Source of the DNA: Octopus sinensis | Taxonomy: Eukaryota | DNA length: 64,000 nucleotides | Reading direction: 5' to 3' | Assembly: GCF_006345805.1 (NCBI RefSeq) | Contig: NC_043005.1 | Location: 14,260,001 to 14,324,000, forward strand | Shown here: piece after piece, positions 28,901-39,844 of the stretch | How positions within the stretch are numbered: position 1 is the stretch's first letter | How the letters are laid out: each line of letters opens with the position of its first letter | Notes under the pieces: generated by a model | What the model saw: the letters and a program-made list of their open reading frames with translations, nothing else | Told to the model about the DNA's origin: nothing | Databases searched by the model: none | Position numbers and translations under genes: made by a program

Positions 28901-31160
28901 TTATTACTGGTTACAATGTGCTCCCTTGCAGAGTTGTAATTTTCAAATGATGCAATGCTACTGGCTAAGTGAATAGGCCAACATTCCCCCTGAATGGAAT
29001 GCTAGTTCATTGCTGGTCTGGAAATCAGAACCAAAATCTTGTGTTCATGAGTAAAGCAACCTAACCATTCGACCATGCAACTTCACACACACACACATGG
29101 CCATACAGTCAAGAAGTTTGCTTATGAACCACATGGTTTCAGGTTCATTCCTATTGCATGGCACCTTAGGGGAGTGTTTTGTGAGTGGCTTTGGTAGATG
29201 GAAATTAAAAGAAACCCACTGATTGGATATATGTGCACATCTCTTTATTCTTTTTGTACCTTTGACACTGCTTGATGAGCACTACCGCCATACGAGCAGT
29301 GTCATTTGATTTCAATCATCTGTGAAGACATGTCTAGCTATGGGGAAATATTATCTGGTTTGGAAACAAGTGAAGGTTGGTGACAGGAGGGGCATCTGAC
29401 TGTACAAAATCTGCCACGACAAATTCCGTCTGAGCCATGTAAACAGAAAAATAGATGTCAAACTGATCATGATGATCACTATCATATATCAAATTGACAT
29501 TTTAGACGCGAAATGACATGATGGTTCAGGTTGGTGAGACTTTGAATAGAGGTGTGCTCAATCAGAGGCGTCAGTTGTTGACTGCCATGACACTGCATCC
29601 TTTAAGGCCCTCATGCTTTCCGAAATCCGCCGAAACTACACCTGATTATATATACACTTTAGATGAGTTGTAGTGCATCTGAGCACTGTACACAATTATT
29701 ATTATTATACACAATTTACTTCGCTAAGATTAGATTAGCTCCTTTTCATAATTTTGTGTCGGAACAAGGAAATATCATTCGTCTAATTTTATAACCATTG
29801 TACGCTATAAAATCAATTACATTATAGACAAAATAGCGTGTTTATTTAATTACAGCCCTTTAAGTCAGGAATTAAGATCTCAACGAAATCAAGAGTACTA
29901 ATAAAGTACTGAGGTCTATAAATCGACTGTTCCCTCCCAGCGAACTTATGTGGATCTTAGATCCATGAAACATAGGACAGTAGCATAGTGAAGGGAGATA
30001 ATATAAATTCAATGACTGGCTACCTCGGTAAAGGTTTGCAATACAAAATCAACGAAACGACACACACACATATATAACTGCAAGCTCTATTAGCTTGATA
30101 ATTTAAATTTTATTTAACCAATATGTGAGTTTTATAACAAACTAGCAGTATCGCCCGGCGTTGCTCGGATTTGTAAGGGAAAAAACTATATAAGCATTTT
30201 TAGAGAGTTACTTCCCTTATATAATAGCAAAAAATTGCATTAAAAATGGAAAAAAATTATGGTAAATTTTTTTTAAATCGTTGACTCATCGTAGATGCAC
30301 GCTAATACCCAGAAGGGCTCGATATGAATCACGACTATAAGATACCCGGTTTTGGTTAAACTGCACCACAAAATGTGGGAGTAGTTAGGAATCTAAATCG
30401 TAGGAGACAGACACACAACTTTAGTTTTATATATAAAGATATATAAAAGTGTTTCGACTTGAATGAATAATAATAATTAATGAGACAAAGCACGTTTTTT
30501 GAACGTACACATATTATTAATTTTATTAAAATTATTTCAAACGTATTATTTCCTTATTTTTCAAATTCATCTTTGGATACTCCTAAAATTTTAAATCCCA
30601 AGCACAAAGGTCCGCAGCTTCTTAACAGACATCTGCATAAGAATAGCAATGTGATACAAAAGAGGTTTTATTAAAGGCCGCAAAGGAATTATATTTATTA
30701 ATCATTCAGATTAATTCAGCCCGTTTGAAGATCTACTACTTATTTTTTAATTGGTTAGTTGATTGTCTATGAATACAATTCCTCTCGGTAACCAATTCCG
30801 TTTACCGAAACAGAAAGAAAACCCGCGTGAGGATTGTTGCTTTAAACTGTTCATTTGGTTTCGTGTAGAATTTCCTGGACTATGCTAAAACATCCAAATC
30901 GATTCATATATTGATATTAAAATAAAATATACATACATACACGCAAATTTAACTTGTAAAATTTAAGAATATATGAATAATAATTTGAGTAAACTTCTTA
31001 AATCTACACAAATTATACAAAACCAGTTTTAATATAATAACTTAAACAAATATAATTATGAATGATTAGTATTTCAGTAATCGATTCAAACGATTCAACA
31101 ATTTGTTATTAGTATTTCTAAAAAAAGATAAAGGTCAAATCTGAGCAATAAACTTACCAT
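8201..31160 (-). CDS. PSMB3: Proteasome subunit beta type-3, spliced CDS of 6 exons (join complement 31158-31160, 28054-28241, 23634-23741, 19539-19716, 15903-15997, 8201-8249), 206 aa
   Basis: Manual splicing gives an uninterrupted frame [31 protein letters not shown]...[23 protein letters not shown]...[15 protein letters not shown]...[15 protein letters not shown]...[13 protein letters not shown]...[15 protein letters not shown]. It matches the PSMB3 family along its whole length. All introns are GT-AG with compatible phases; 3+188+108+178+95+49=621 nt. Confidence 0.97.
8742..9038. repeat. Perfect inverted repeat: 147-bp arms, 3-nt loop
   Basis: 8742-8888 is the reverse complement of 8892-9038 with loop TGG; flanked by (TA)n. 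Confidence 0.92.
10032..10251. mobile_element. piggyBac-type MITE
   Basis: TTAA at both flanks; homologous to 11473-11692. Confidence 0.65.
11473..11692. mobile_element. piggyBac-type MITE
   Basis: TTAA|CCCTTTAG ... CTAAAGGG|TTAA. Confidence 0.8.
12033..13420 (-). mobile_element. RTE-like LINE 3'UTR with internal 62-bp subrepeats and a 404-bp tandem duplication
   Basis: (CAT)n tail on plus. Units start at 12257, 12661 and 13065; identical ORFs 12269-12502 and 12673-12906 are offset by 404 bp. Confidence 0.85.
13545..13860 (-). mobile_element. Short 3' copy of the same RTE-like LINE/SINE family
   Basis: catcatcatcgtttaacgtccg...gatgcccttcctaacgccaaccactcc; further copies near 9590, 11180, 19315, 38652 and 41208. 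Confidence 0.8.
14348..15429 (+). mobile_element. Internally deleted piggyBac element (1082 bp) keeping the transposase N-terminus
   Basis: TTAA TSD at 14344-14347 and 15430-15433; ends CCCTTTC ... GAAAGGG. ORF 14597-15061 has an acidic N-terminus, then FYLLF...ITAKTNRYA...[10 protein letters not shown] as in piggyBac/PGBD transposases; no catalytic domain. Confidence 0.88.
15485..15699. mobile_element. piggyBac-type MITE
   Basis: TTAA|CCCTTTTCATTAC ... GTAACAAAAGGC|TTAA. Confidence 0.7.
15903..15997 (-). CDS. PSMB3: PSMB3 coding exon 5 (95 nt)
   Basis: tttcag|GAA CCA GAT GAC TTG TTT ... TAC CTA AT|gtaagt; encodes [32 protein letters not shown]. Confidence 0.97.
17442..17531. repeat. Perfect 45-bp tandem duplication
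   Basis: TTAGCTCTAATATTGCAAGTTGCTTCAGCATTCACCATTGCTAGC occurs twice in tandem. Confidence 0.95.
19539..19716 (-). CDS. PSMB3: PSMB3 coding exon 4 (178 nt)
   Basis: ttttag|G TTT GGT CCA TAC ... CCA GAT CTG|gtaagt; encodes [59 protein letters not shown]. Confidence 0.97.
19915..20137 (-). mobile_element. tRNA-derived SINE (family C)
   Basis: Minus strand ggtggtgagctggcagaaacgttagc...gttctgagttcaaattcc (A/B-box-like) ...aaagaaatagg. Confidence 0.8.
21425..22640 (+). pseudogene. Decayed DNA transposase, Chapaev3/CMC-like
   Basis: Broken plus-strand frames give [76 protein letters not shown] and EEGIFVGP. The superfamily assignment is from recall of these motifs. Confidence 0.75.
23634..23741 (-). 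CDS. PSMB3: PSMB3 coding exon 3 (108 nt)
   Basis: atttag|G AGC CAG AGG TTA AAG TTC ... GAA AGA AG|gtaagt; encodes [36 protein letters not shown]. Not in the ORF track. Confidence 0.97.
24455..26920 (-). mobile_element. 5'-truncated RTE-like LINE (RT domain to 3'UTR), decayed
   Basis: Minus strand has [28 protein letters not shown] and RGRPGMKW, then the 3'UTR shared with 6978-7900. Confidence 0.85.
28054..28241 (-). CDS. PSMB3: PSMB3 coding exon 2 (188 nt)
   Basis: ttgcag|AGT ATT CTG ACT TAC AAT GGC ... CAG ACA GT|gtaagt; encodes [26 protein letters not shown]...LATDVQTV. Confidence 0.97.
28491..28784. repeat. Near-perfect foldback palindrome (about 146-bp arms, centre 28637), MITE-like
   Basis: AATTGCAGCGTGGAAGG...TGCATC-T-GATGCA...CCTTCCATGATACAATT; the ORF track shows near-identical peptides on both strands. 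Confidence 0.9.
30142..30439 (-). mobile_element. Non-autonomous Helitron (298 bp)
   Basis: Minus strand: host A | TCTTTATATAT ... CCGAGCAACGCCGGG (hairpin) CGATACTG CTAG | host T; no TSD. Confidence 0.85.
31158..31160 (-). CDS. PSMB3: PSMB3 coding exon 1 (start ATG only)
   Basis: Minus strand reads CAGAAAT-ATG|GTAAGTTT, a phase-0 donor that joins exon 2 (AGT ATT CTG = S I L). Confidence 0.8.
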
Positions 31161-31297
31161 ATTTCTGCTGGAACCAAAAATTTATTAAAGAAGAGGAAAA
31201 TACGACAAAATCGCAATGTAATGCCGCTGCCCACCGTTTCGTGGTTTCACAACACTGAAAAGCGTACAAAGGAAAGACAACCGTGTATTCCGTAAGG
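31161..31297. promoter_or_regulatory. PSMB3 5'UTR/core promoter, possibly bidirectional
   Basis: CpG-containing unique sequence just upstream of the ATG. The minus strand has a pyrimidine run TTTTCCTCTTCTTT (about 31188-31201). The plus strand has a donor-like CC|GTAAGG at 31292 followed by a T-rich tract. Confidence 0.45.
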
Positions 31298-32399
31298 ATT
31301 TTCTTCTTCTTTTTTCTTTTTTTAATTTTTAATTTTTACTTTTAAAAATTTTTTATTGGGTCTAGTAATCGCCTTCAAGAGTTTGGTCGATCACATTGAC
31401 CCCCAATCCTTATTTCAGTTTGATACTTATTTTCTCGATTTTGATTTATCGAACTGTTGAGAGATTCATGATGCAAAGGGACACAACTTAAGACTAGTTT
31501 TGAGACCGGTGTAAACAAATTCATTATTTCATTTAATTTGCCACAAGGGCAGCACACAGATAGAAGCTTGTGGGCTGGACATGGACAGGATGAGATGAAA
31601 TGAAACTAAATGATGCAGATGAGAGGGATGTCGGCGCCCATCGACCCGGTGTAAACAAATTCACACAACATATGCGTGCGCGTTGGGCTTCTTGCATAGT
31701 CATTGATTGGCAAATTCCATTCAAAAGTTATTAGTCAACCCGAAACCACTGTAGAAAATAGTTGCCATGGTATTGTGCAGGTGATTGAACCCTGATGAAA
31801 ACGCTGCATCGCGAATTTTTTAACCATAATTAAAAATTATTATGCTGGCTTTTGTTTATTTGTACTCTTTGTTATGGTTTAACTGCAGGTCAGATCTGTG
31901 ATCAAAGGCATGCAAGCCGTTATCATTTTGCCTTCCAGCTCCCCAAGCAGAAATGAATTTATTAGAACGAGAGGGTGTAAATAACTCAACTGCACTAAGA
32001 GCATGAATCTGAGTAATTATGATAAAGAATCACCCACTGAATCCTGTACATAAAAAAATAAATAAAATCAAAATAATAATATGTACATGTTTTGTCTAGG
32101 TTTAAACAGTAGGCTACAGCAAATATTCTGCTCAATGCCGCCGATTTGCTTGTTCATTACTTGAGCTTAATTACTTACGAATGTTCCTTAGTGGCTGATG
32201 ATATTTGCATCTCTGATCACAAGCAGGAGTAGTAGGAGAGCAACATAGCCATGTGTTGAGAGGAATTCTTTGGGGTTTGAATAATTCACCTCTGGAAACA
32301 AAGGTGTTTCGTTCATCCTTAAACAAAACTTATTCAGGGATCTTTTACAAGACATGAAGAAAATTCTAAATGGGCCTCACATGCAATAATAATGAAATT

Positions 32400-32900
32400 A
32401 TTGTATAAGTGCTCAGGTGCACCACAACTTGTCAAAAAGTGCATATAGAGTATATGCAGTAATGTAGAAATGTCTGGAAAGCGAACAGTGTATGAGTCAG
32501 ATAGATGCTTGCGTGTGTATGGAGGCGGGAAAATCAGGTGTAGTGTTGGCGAATCTCAGGAAGCATGGAAGTTTTGAAGGATGCAGTGCTCCGACAACTA
32601 ACAACTGATGCCGGCAGTCTGTTCCATGCTTCAGTAACTCTTAGTGTGAAAAAATGTTTCCGAAAGTTGTTGTGGGTGCAGTTTGCTCAGTCCAACTGGT
32701 ATCCGTTATCCACAACTCACCAGACTTGATAAATTTCCATATTTGTCCATCATCGCGTAGGCTAAAGCTTTCCTGTGGCACAGAGTTGCGATTTAGGGAA
32801 GCTACAGATCTTAGATTTGAGAGCACATCAGGTGGTAGGCCAGGACGTGTTCTAAAGGTGATTCTATTTTCGCACCGAGCCCTATCAGCAGCCAGATGGT
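32400..32900 (-). mobile_element. CR1/L2-type LINE 3' end nested in another retroposon (32090-33075)
   Basis: Minus strand RVTEAWNRLPASVVSCRSTASFK motif. The flanks 32110-32400 and 32910-33050 together match 63490-63990 in reverse. Confidence 0.7.
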
Positions 32901-35597
32901 ATGCAAGATCATGTGCTGCTTAGTTTGGTCACCATGTTGCGCACATGGTTGTGATATATGAGTCTAGTGTACCCTTATCAGGCGGGTAGTCATGATGGGT
33001 ATTAGGCTACACATATTTGAATCCCAGCATTACTTTGATGGCATGAGCTGGTCTTGCTCAATGATAATAATAATAATAATCCTTTCTTATTCTGGCACAA
33101 GGCCAACAAATTTGATGTGTGGGGAAGACAATTACATCAACCCAGAGCTCAACTGGTACTTATTTTATGTTTCCCAAAAGGATGAACGACAAAGTTGATC
33201 TCAGCGGCATTTGAACGCATTGAAATCTCCTTTGCAGAAAGAAAATAAAAACCCAGTCAGTATGACTCGAGAAGGTACCTTTACATTTGGTGTGTTTTTT
33301 GTTTAAAGGTGAGGGACAACTATGGACATGTTTCTTTGTTAAAGATCTCATCATCACTTTTTTCTGCACTCCTCCAGGCTAAATCGTTTTTTTTTTCTGT
33401 CTAATTCACCTCTTCTTTTTCTTTCTCTCTCTGCAGATATTCCTCTCTCTCGATTGTCCATAAGATTAATTGAATAAATCATTAAGAAATACAATTTAAT
33501 TTGTTTTGATGAGCATATTCCCTCTCCTGTATGTTTGTCCAAAGAAGAAAGAAGTGACTATGACATTTGCAGACTGTCCTTGATTTGATAGAGGTATTTT
33601 GTCTAATACTCAGCTTGAACATCAGTAAGAAATAACATGAGTGGCTGGAAACTTAGACTTTGATTCAGATGGTTGTGACAGAGTGAACTCCATTAAAGGC
33701 ATCGAAGGACTGAATGGTGGTGTTATTTCTGAAGAATTGCCTGCCATCCTAAAAAAAAAAAATATGAAAAGAGAATTGATTCCTCATTGATGTACTCCAT
33801 ACTGCTTAATCCTTAAATCTACAATTTCTTGCAGTCACTGTGTAAAATACTTCCTTTGTTTAGAAAAGCCTTTATGAGCCAATGTTTAGCTATAGTGTTA
33901 TGTGCTGAGTAGATGAGAAATAATTCTTTCCCTGTACAGGAAATTAATCTACCCTAGGTAACACTCCCCATTAATTTGGTGTTAAGGTGAACTGAGTCGA
34001 TGTAGCAAAGAGTGTCTTGGTAAAGGAAACAAAATGGAAGCGTATGTAGAGGATTTGAACTGATGGCCTATGTGTGAGTGGCCTAATGCTTTCCTTGTTT
34101 TACTTCAATTTGGAGAAGAACAGACTTTGACTGGTTAACATATTTGACATATTTTATGAAAATAAACTTTCTCTCATGATTCAATAAATCATTTAAATTA
34201 TGAATTTGAATGGGTTGTATTTAAATGAAGTAAATCATAATTTGATTCATAGGATTATTTCTTCATAAATATCAAACAGAAGTAAGAGAACTTCCTATAT
34301 ATAATAGCCTGTCCTGCTACTGTTAAGTGTCTGAAGAATTACTTTGTGGGAGGAAAAAGTTAATTCTTAATGACAGGTTTTCTGTAACTGGTATTGCAGT
34401 CACCCACAAAGCTATTAGATCCTCCTCCTCCTCACCACCATCACCATCATTATCATTTAATGTCTGTTTTCCATGCTGGCATGGAGTGGATAGTTTGACA
34501 GGATCTGATGAGCCACAGAGCTGTAATGTATTCCAGGTCAGTTTTAGCAAGGTTTCTATGGCTGGATGTTCTTCCTAATACTAAGCACTTTACAGGTGCT
34601 TTGTTCATGCTACCAGCACTAGTGAGGTTGCCATGTAACTTGCAAGATGGGAAAAATCAAAAAAAGGGAAAAGCCCTTTTGACTTAGTGAGAGAGTATTT
34701 GAGAGGGTGGAGAGATTTTATGTCAGGGACAAGCAGAAGTATCTTGCTATGGAGAAGATACATGGTTACTCCACGTTTATATAAGGCTTGGTGGAAGTAT
34801 CTGGGAAAAAGACTGTTTCTCTTTTCAGTCTCAACTTAGTGTTTATAAAGTGTAATTTTGGTCTGGTTCTATGCCCTACTGGTACCATGTTTTATGGTTA
34901 GATGGTTAGTGGCTGAACTGGTCAACCCCACCCATTTTTACTGCATGAGAAGTGTCTGTAGAACCTAACTATAATAAAAAAAAAATATAGCCTACCAAAC
35001 AGAGCTTCTCATGAACCTACGTGTAAAGGATATAAGCTCCACTGAGTTATTTGCTTCTTGATATACAGTATGATACTATAGTGGATCAATTTTGCCTGGT
35101 TGGCTGATGAGCAGGAAATATAGAATAAGGAGGTGATGTAGTTTCTCTTGCTGTGTATACAGGGTTTCTATAAACAATGCATTTTGATTGATCGTTGGAT
35201 ATCTAGAATCAATTGATTTAGAGTTAAGATAGCAGGGATGGGGATCATCTTCAGTTATAAGTACAAGATCAATGCTGTAAGATTGACCAGACTATTGCAA
35301 GTTCAGTTTCTCTTATGAATATGGCTCTGCTGAACTGGTTTTTTTCCCTAAATATACATCATAAAAAGATGGAGTTTTTAGCAGTGATCCCTATAATGGA
35401 TCGTGAAAATTACAGTTACAGCATGTCACTACTGCTTTTGTTTCATACAGTGAATTTCTTTTCATTTGGAAGAAGATGGAGAGGGTAACTAAAATATCAA
35501 CCTTAAGTTTTATTAAGTGAAAAAAAAAAAAAAAGAAATAGAATTATCATGTGAACTCTACTGACAATCTTGAATAGATAATCAATATTTGATTCCC

Positions 35598-36192
35598 GGA
35601 TCTTTTCCTTTTGAACTGGTACAATGTGTTTATAAAACATCATTTTCTCTTGGTTTTATTGAGAAATTTCTATAGTTTGTAAGATATTTCGTCTGAAATT
35701 TTGAGCATTTCGGCAATTTTAACCAATCGATTACCTCCATTGAGCTAAAATCATTTGCTGCGTCTAAAACTGAGACAACATCCTGTTACTAACCTAACCC
35801 CCCCTAACCCTAACCCCCCCTAACCCTAACCCCCCCTAACCCTAACCCTAACCCTAAATTTTTTTTTCTGAATTGTTAAATTAATTTAACAATTAAGAAA
35901 AAAAATTTTTTAATTAATTTAACAATTAAGAAAAAAAAAAAGTTAGGGGGAGGTTTAGAGTTAGTGACAGGATGTTGTCTCAGTTTTAGACGCAGCAAAT
36001 CATTTTAGCTCAATTAGAGGCGATTCATTGGTTAAAATTCGAAAAATTAAACTACGTTAAACAAATGAATTACAATTTTATCAAGAAAGCCAAGAGAAAA
36101 AAATGTTTTATTTTGACACATTCTACCAGTATACGAAGTTTTAAAGTGTTTAGTTAACTAGAAATTGTGTGCCGTTCAAAAGGAAAAGTTCC
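35598..36192. mobile_element. hAT-type MITE (related to 646-1064) with CCCTAA repeats and internal inverted repeat
   Basis: TIR GGATCTTTTCCTTTTGAAC / GTTCAAAAGGAAAAGTTCC; 8-bp TSD TGATTCCC at 35590-35597 and 36193-36200. Confidence 0.9.
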
Positions 36193-38033
36193 TGATTCCC
36201 TTCTAATCAAAGGGTTAGTTAGAGGATAAAGGTAGTACACATAATATTTTACAGGGAATTGAGATTGGTGAGACGAAGGGAGGACTTCTAGTTTTCATTG
36301 CTGTCTTCGTTTACTTAACTTATATGTATACTTTCTGTCTCTTCTTTTATCTTTAATTGGTGAGTTATAGGACATTTGAGCACTGTATATAATAAACTCA
36401 TTATTGTTATTAACAACAGAGTGAAATCTGTTAAAGGCACATAAAATGCAAGGGGTGTGAAATAGGACGACGGATTAAGTCTACCGGCCACTTAATTAGC
36501 TTCAATAGCTTCTGAAGGACGTGAGTTGATGTCTAAACAATTAATCAAACAAATGTAGTTACAAGCAGTGGCATCTGATTTTAGATGTGATAAAATAAAC
36601 TTGGCAAAATAACCGGTATTTTGTTGGAAAATGAATATACAGAGTTACCTCCCCTGCACTTTTATTGCAACTTTTCACCAATTTTCCTGACTACATTTAC
36701 ATTTTTTTAATCTAAAAAAAAAACCTTTTAACGTTTGCTTACCCGTGGTAGAAGTGGTGGAAAGATTATACAACTTTTCTTAATCTAAAGTTAATTGCCC
36801 TTTCCACCTGCAAAACACACGCACAAACACACACACACACATGCCCCTATGCAATTTCTTGGTAATTTTATTGACAATAGTAACAAGTCAAGAAGGGAGC
36901 TACAATGTAGTCACTTGACCTACCAGAAATAGCTGCCTTCTTTTACTCAGATCATTCCTTGTCATCAAAATAAAAAAGGACACATAGGGTGATGAACTCT
37001 TAAAAACACACAGGATGAGACAGCCATCTGACTATCTGGCATGAAGTTGCTTGTTGTACACTCTAGTCTCTGCTCCATCTATGTAAAAGTGACAGCGCGT
37101 GGTTTAGTGGTTAGGTAGGGTGTTGGACTCAAGATTGTAAGATTGTGGTTTTGATTCCTGGACTGGGTGACGCATTGTGTTCTTGAGCTAAACACTTCAT
37201 TTCACATTGCTCCAGTCCACTCAGCTGTAGAAATGAGTACCACTAGTGGAGGCACGTCGCTTAGTGGTTAAGGTGTTGGATTCACGACTGTAAGATAGTT
37301 CCCCACCTGGACGGGACGCCGGTCCATCGCAGGTGAGCTGCAAGATGCAGGAGGAAAGAGTGGGAGAAAGTTGTGGCGAAAGAGTCAGCAGAAGTTCGCC
37401 ATTACCTTCTGCCGGAGCCGCGTGGAGCTTAGGTGTTTCGCTCATAAACACACACACTGCCCGGTCTGAGATTCGAACTCACGATCCCTCAACCGCAAGT
37501 CCGCTGCTCTAACAACTAGGCCATGTGCCTCCACAATGAGTGATAGATAGGATTGCAAGAACACCTCTACTTATCAGGAAGAACAAAAGGCAAAGCTAAC
37601 TTTGGTGGGATTTGAAATTACAATGCAAAGAGGCCTTACTAAGAACTGTAAGACATTTTCTCTGGGACTCTACAAGTTCTATGAGTCCACCAACTTCTGA
37701 TCATTGTATAACTGACAAATATTTTGTTAGCTTGTAGTAAATATAATGGTTTTAATATGGGACTCACAGAAAAGGACTGGCTTCACTAGGTTCCATCAGG
37801 TTCAACATGAATTCACCAACCCCTAAATTGGGTCCCTTGTCTTACATACACATGAAGGTAAAATCTTCAAAGATGTTTCAACATTTCAGTAAATTATATA
37901 ATATAATGAACTTATTGTATACAGTGCTCGGGTGCACTACAACACATCAGAAAAAAAGTAGGGACTTAACATTGCCAGAAAATGTGAGAAAGGAAACTAT
38001 GTAGAACCTGTAAATGGTTCACGAATATAATAT

Positions 38034-38290
38034 TGATGATGATGATGACGATGATGACGAGAATGATGACAACAAGAATAAGGATGGTGATGACAATGAC
38101 GGCAATGATTAAAATGGTGATGATGATGATGATGACAGCGATGATGATAGCAACGACAAGGAAGACTGCAATGACGATGATGACAGCAATGACAATGGTG
38201 GCACCAACGACAATGATGACATTAACATCAGTGATGATGATGATGAGGATGACGACGACGATGATGATGATGATGATGATGATGACAATG
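38034..38290. repeat. Degenerate (ATG/ACG)n trinucleotide microsatellite
   Basis: Strict 3-nt periodicity; source of the spurious poly-Met/Thr ORF. Confidence 0.9.
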
Positions 38291-39194
38291 TAAATGTAGG
38301 ATAGTATGTCAGTAGTTCAGGAAGAGAATAATCTGTTCTTTTCTTTCTTTCTAAATTTGTCTTTCATCATTCTTAAGGTCAAAGTTCAACAGTTGCTGCT
38401 TTCACTGGGGCTGCGGCTGCTGTTTGATGCCTTTGTTACAGTGCAATGCTCTACAGGGATGTAGTCCACATAGCAATGTAGTGGGATGTGTTATGTAATG
38501 GTATAGAAGGGGAGCAATATATAGTGCAGTGTGTGGATTGGGCATAGTGTACAAATGGAGGAGAGCACAGTGTATGGCAAGATATCAGGGTGGGTGGATA
38601 CAGGGCGGTATACAAATGATGTGTTGAACAATGTATATGTGAAATGAAGAATCATCATCGTTTAACGTCCGCTTTCCATGCTAGCATGGGTTGGACGGTT
38701 CAACTGGGGTCTGGGAAGCCCAAAGGCTGCACCAAGTTAGTCAGATCTGGCGGTGTTTCTACAGCTGGATGCCCTTCCTAACGCCAACCACTCCGTGAGT
38801 GTAGTGGGTGCTTTTTACGTGCCACCGACACAGGTGCCAGACGAGGCTGGCGAACAGCCACGCTCGGTTGGTGTTTTTTATGTGCCAGACGAGGTTGGTG
38901 AATGGCCACGCTCGGATGGTGTTTTTTACGTGCCACCGACACAGGTGCCAGACGAGGCTGGCGAACGGCCACGCTCGGATGGTGTCTTTTACGTGCCACC
39001 AGCACGGAGGCTGGCCATGGCCACGATCGGATGGCATAGAAGTAAAATCGAGCACAGTGTATAATCGAGGTGTTATGTAATAGAATGTACTGGAGAAGTG
39101 TGAGGCAGTTTACAAGTGAGGTATAAGGTAGCATACAGGGAAATGTAGCAGTGTACAAATGAAATGAGGAACATTGTACAACTAAGATGTACAG

Positions 39195-39427
39195 CAGGGG
39201 TTGGCGAACCAGGATCAATTACCCCAAGCGAGGTAAAAATGAAATTCTTGGGGGTTAATGAGGACTTGTTAGACATATGTAAAATCATATGAAAAACGTG
39301 TTTCTTCAATAACCCTTTTGAATTCAAAGAATCTATGATTTTTTCCCCCCTTTCAAATCAAGGAGGTGACATTGGCATAAACAAATATACTTTGGGGTAA
39401 TTGGTTAAAGAAGTTCCCTGGCCCCTG
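39195..39427. mobile_element. hAT-like MITE
   Basis: Ends CAGGGG ... CCCCTG; imperfect 8-bp flanks ATGTACAG / TTATACAG. Confidence 0.55.
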
Positions 39428-39844
39428 TTATACAGTGTGCAAGTAGTGTGTAGTACAGTATATAAAAGAAACGTGGAGAAGTGTATGAGTGATGTGAAGG
39501 GCAAGGTACAAGTGAAGTGTAGTGCAGTGTATAAGTGAGGTGTAATACAATGTATCAAGAAAGTGTAGGACAGTGTACAAGTGTAGTGAAGTGTAGGACA
39601 GGGTACAAGTGAGGTGCAGTGGAGTGTATGAAGAAACAGTATGACTGTGTATGGCGGAAGTTATCTTATACTGTTATTGTTGATTTCACTCATTTACTCA
39701 ATATAAACCCTTTGCTGTTTCCCACTTGTACCATTTATTTTACCTTTGTGCTTATGCCCAAAATCTTGGATCCTTGTGGACATTAAAAATCATCCTCATC
39801 ATTTATGTATGTATGTGTGTATGTATGTATGTATTGCATTCAGA

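Noticed and set aside
38033-38293. Poly-Met/Thr ORF, or an Asp-rich reading in another frame
   Set aside because: Degenerate (ATG)n microsatellite; the Asp-rich frame has an internal TAA and no credible splice context.
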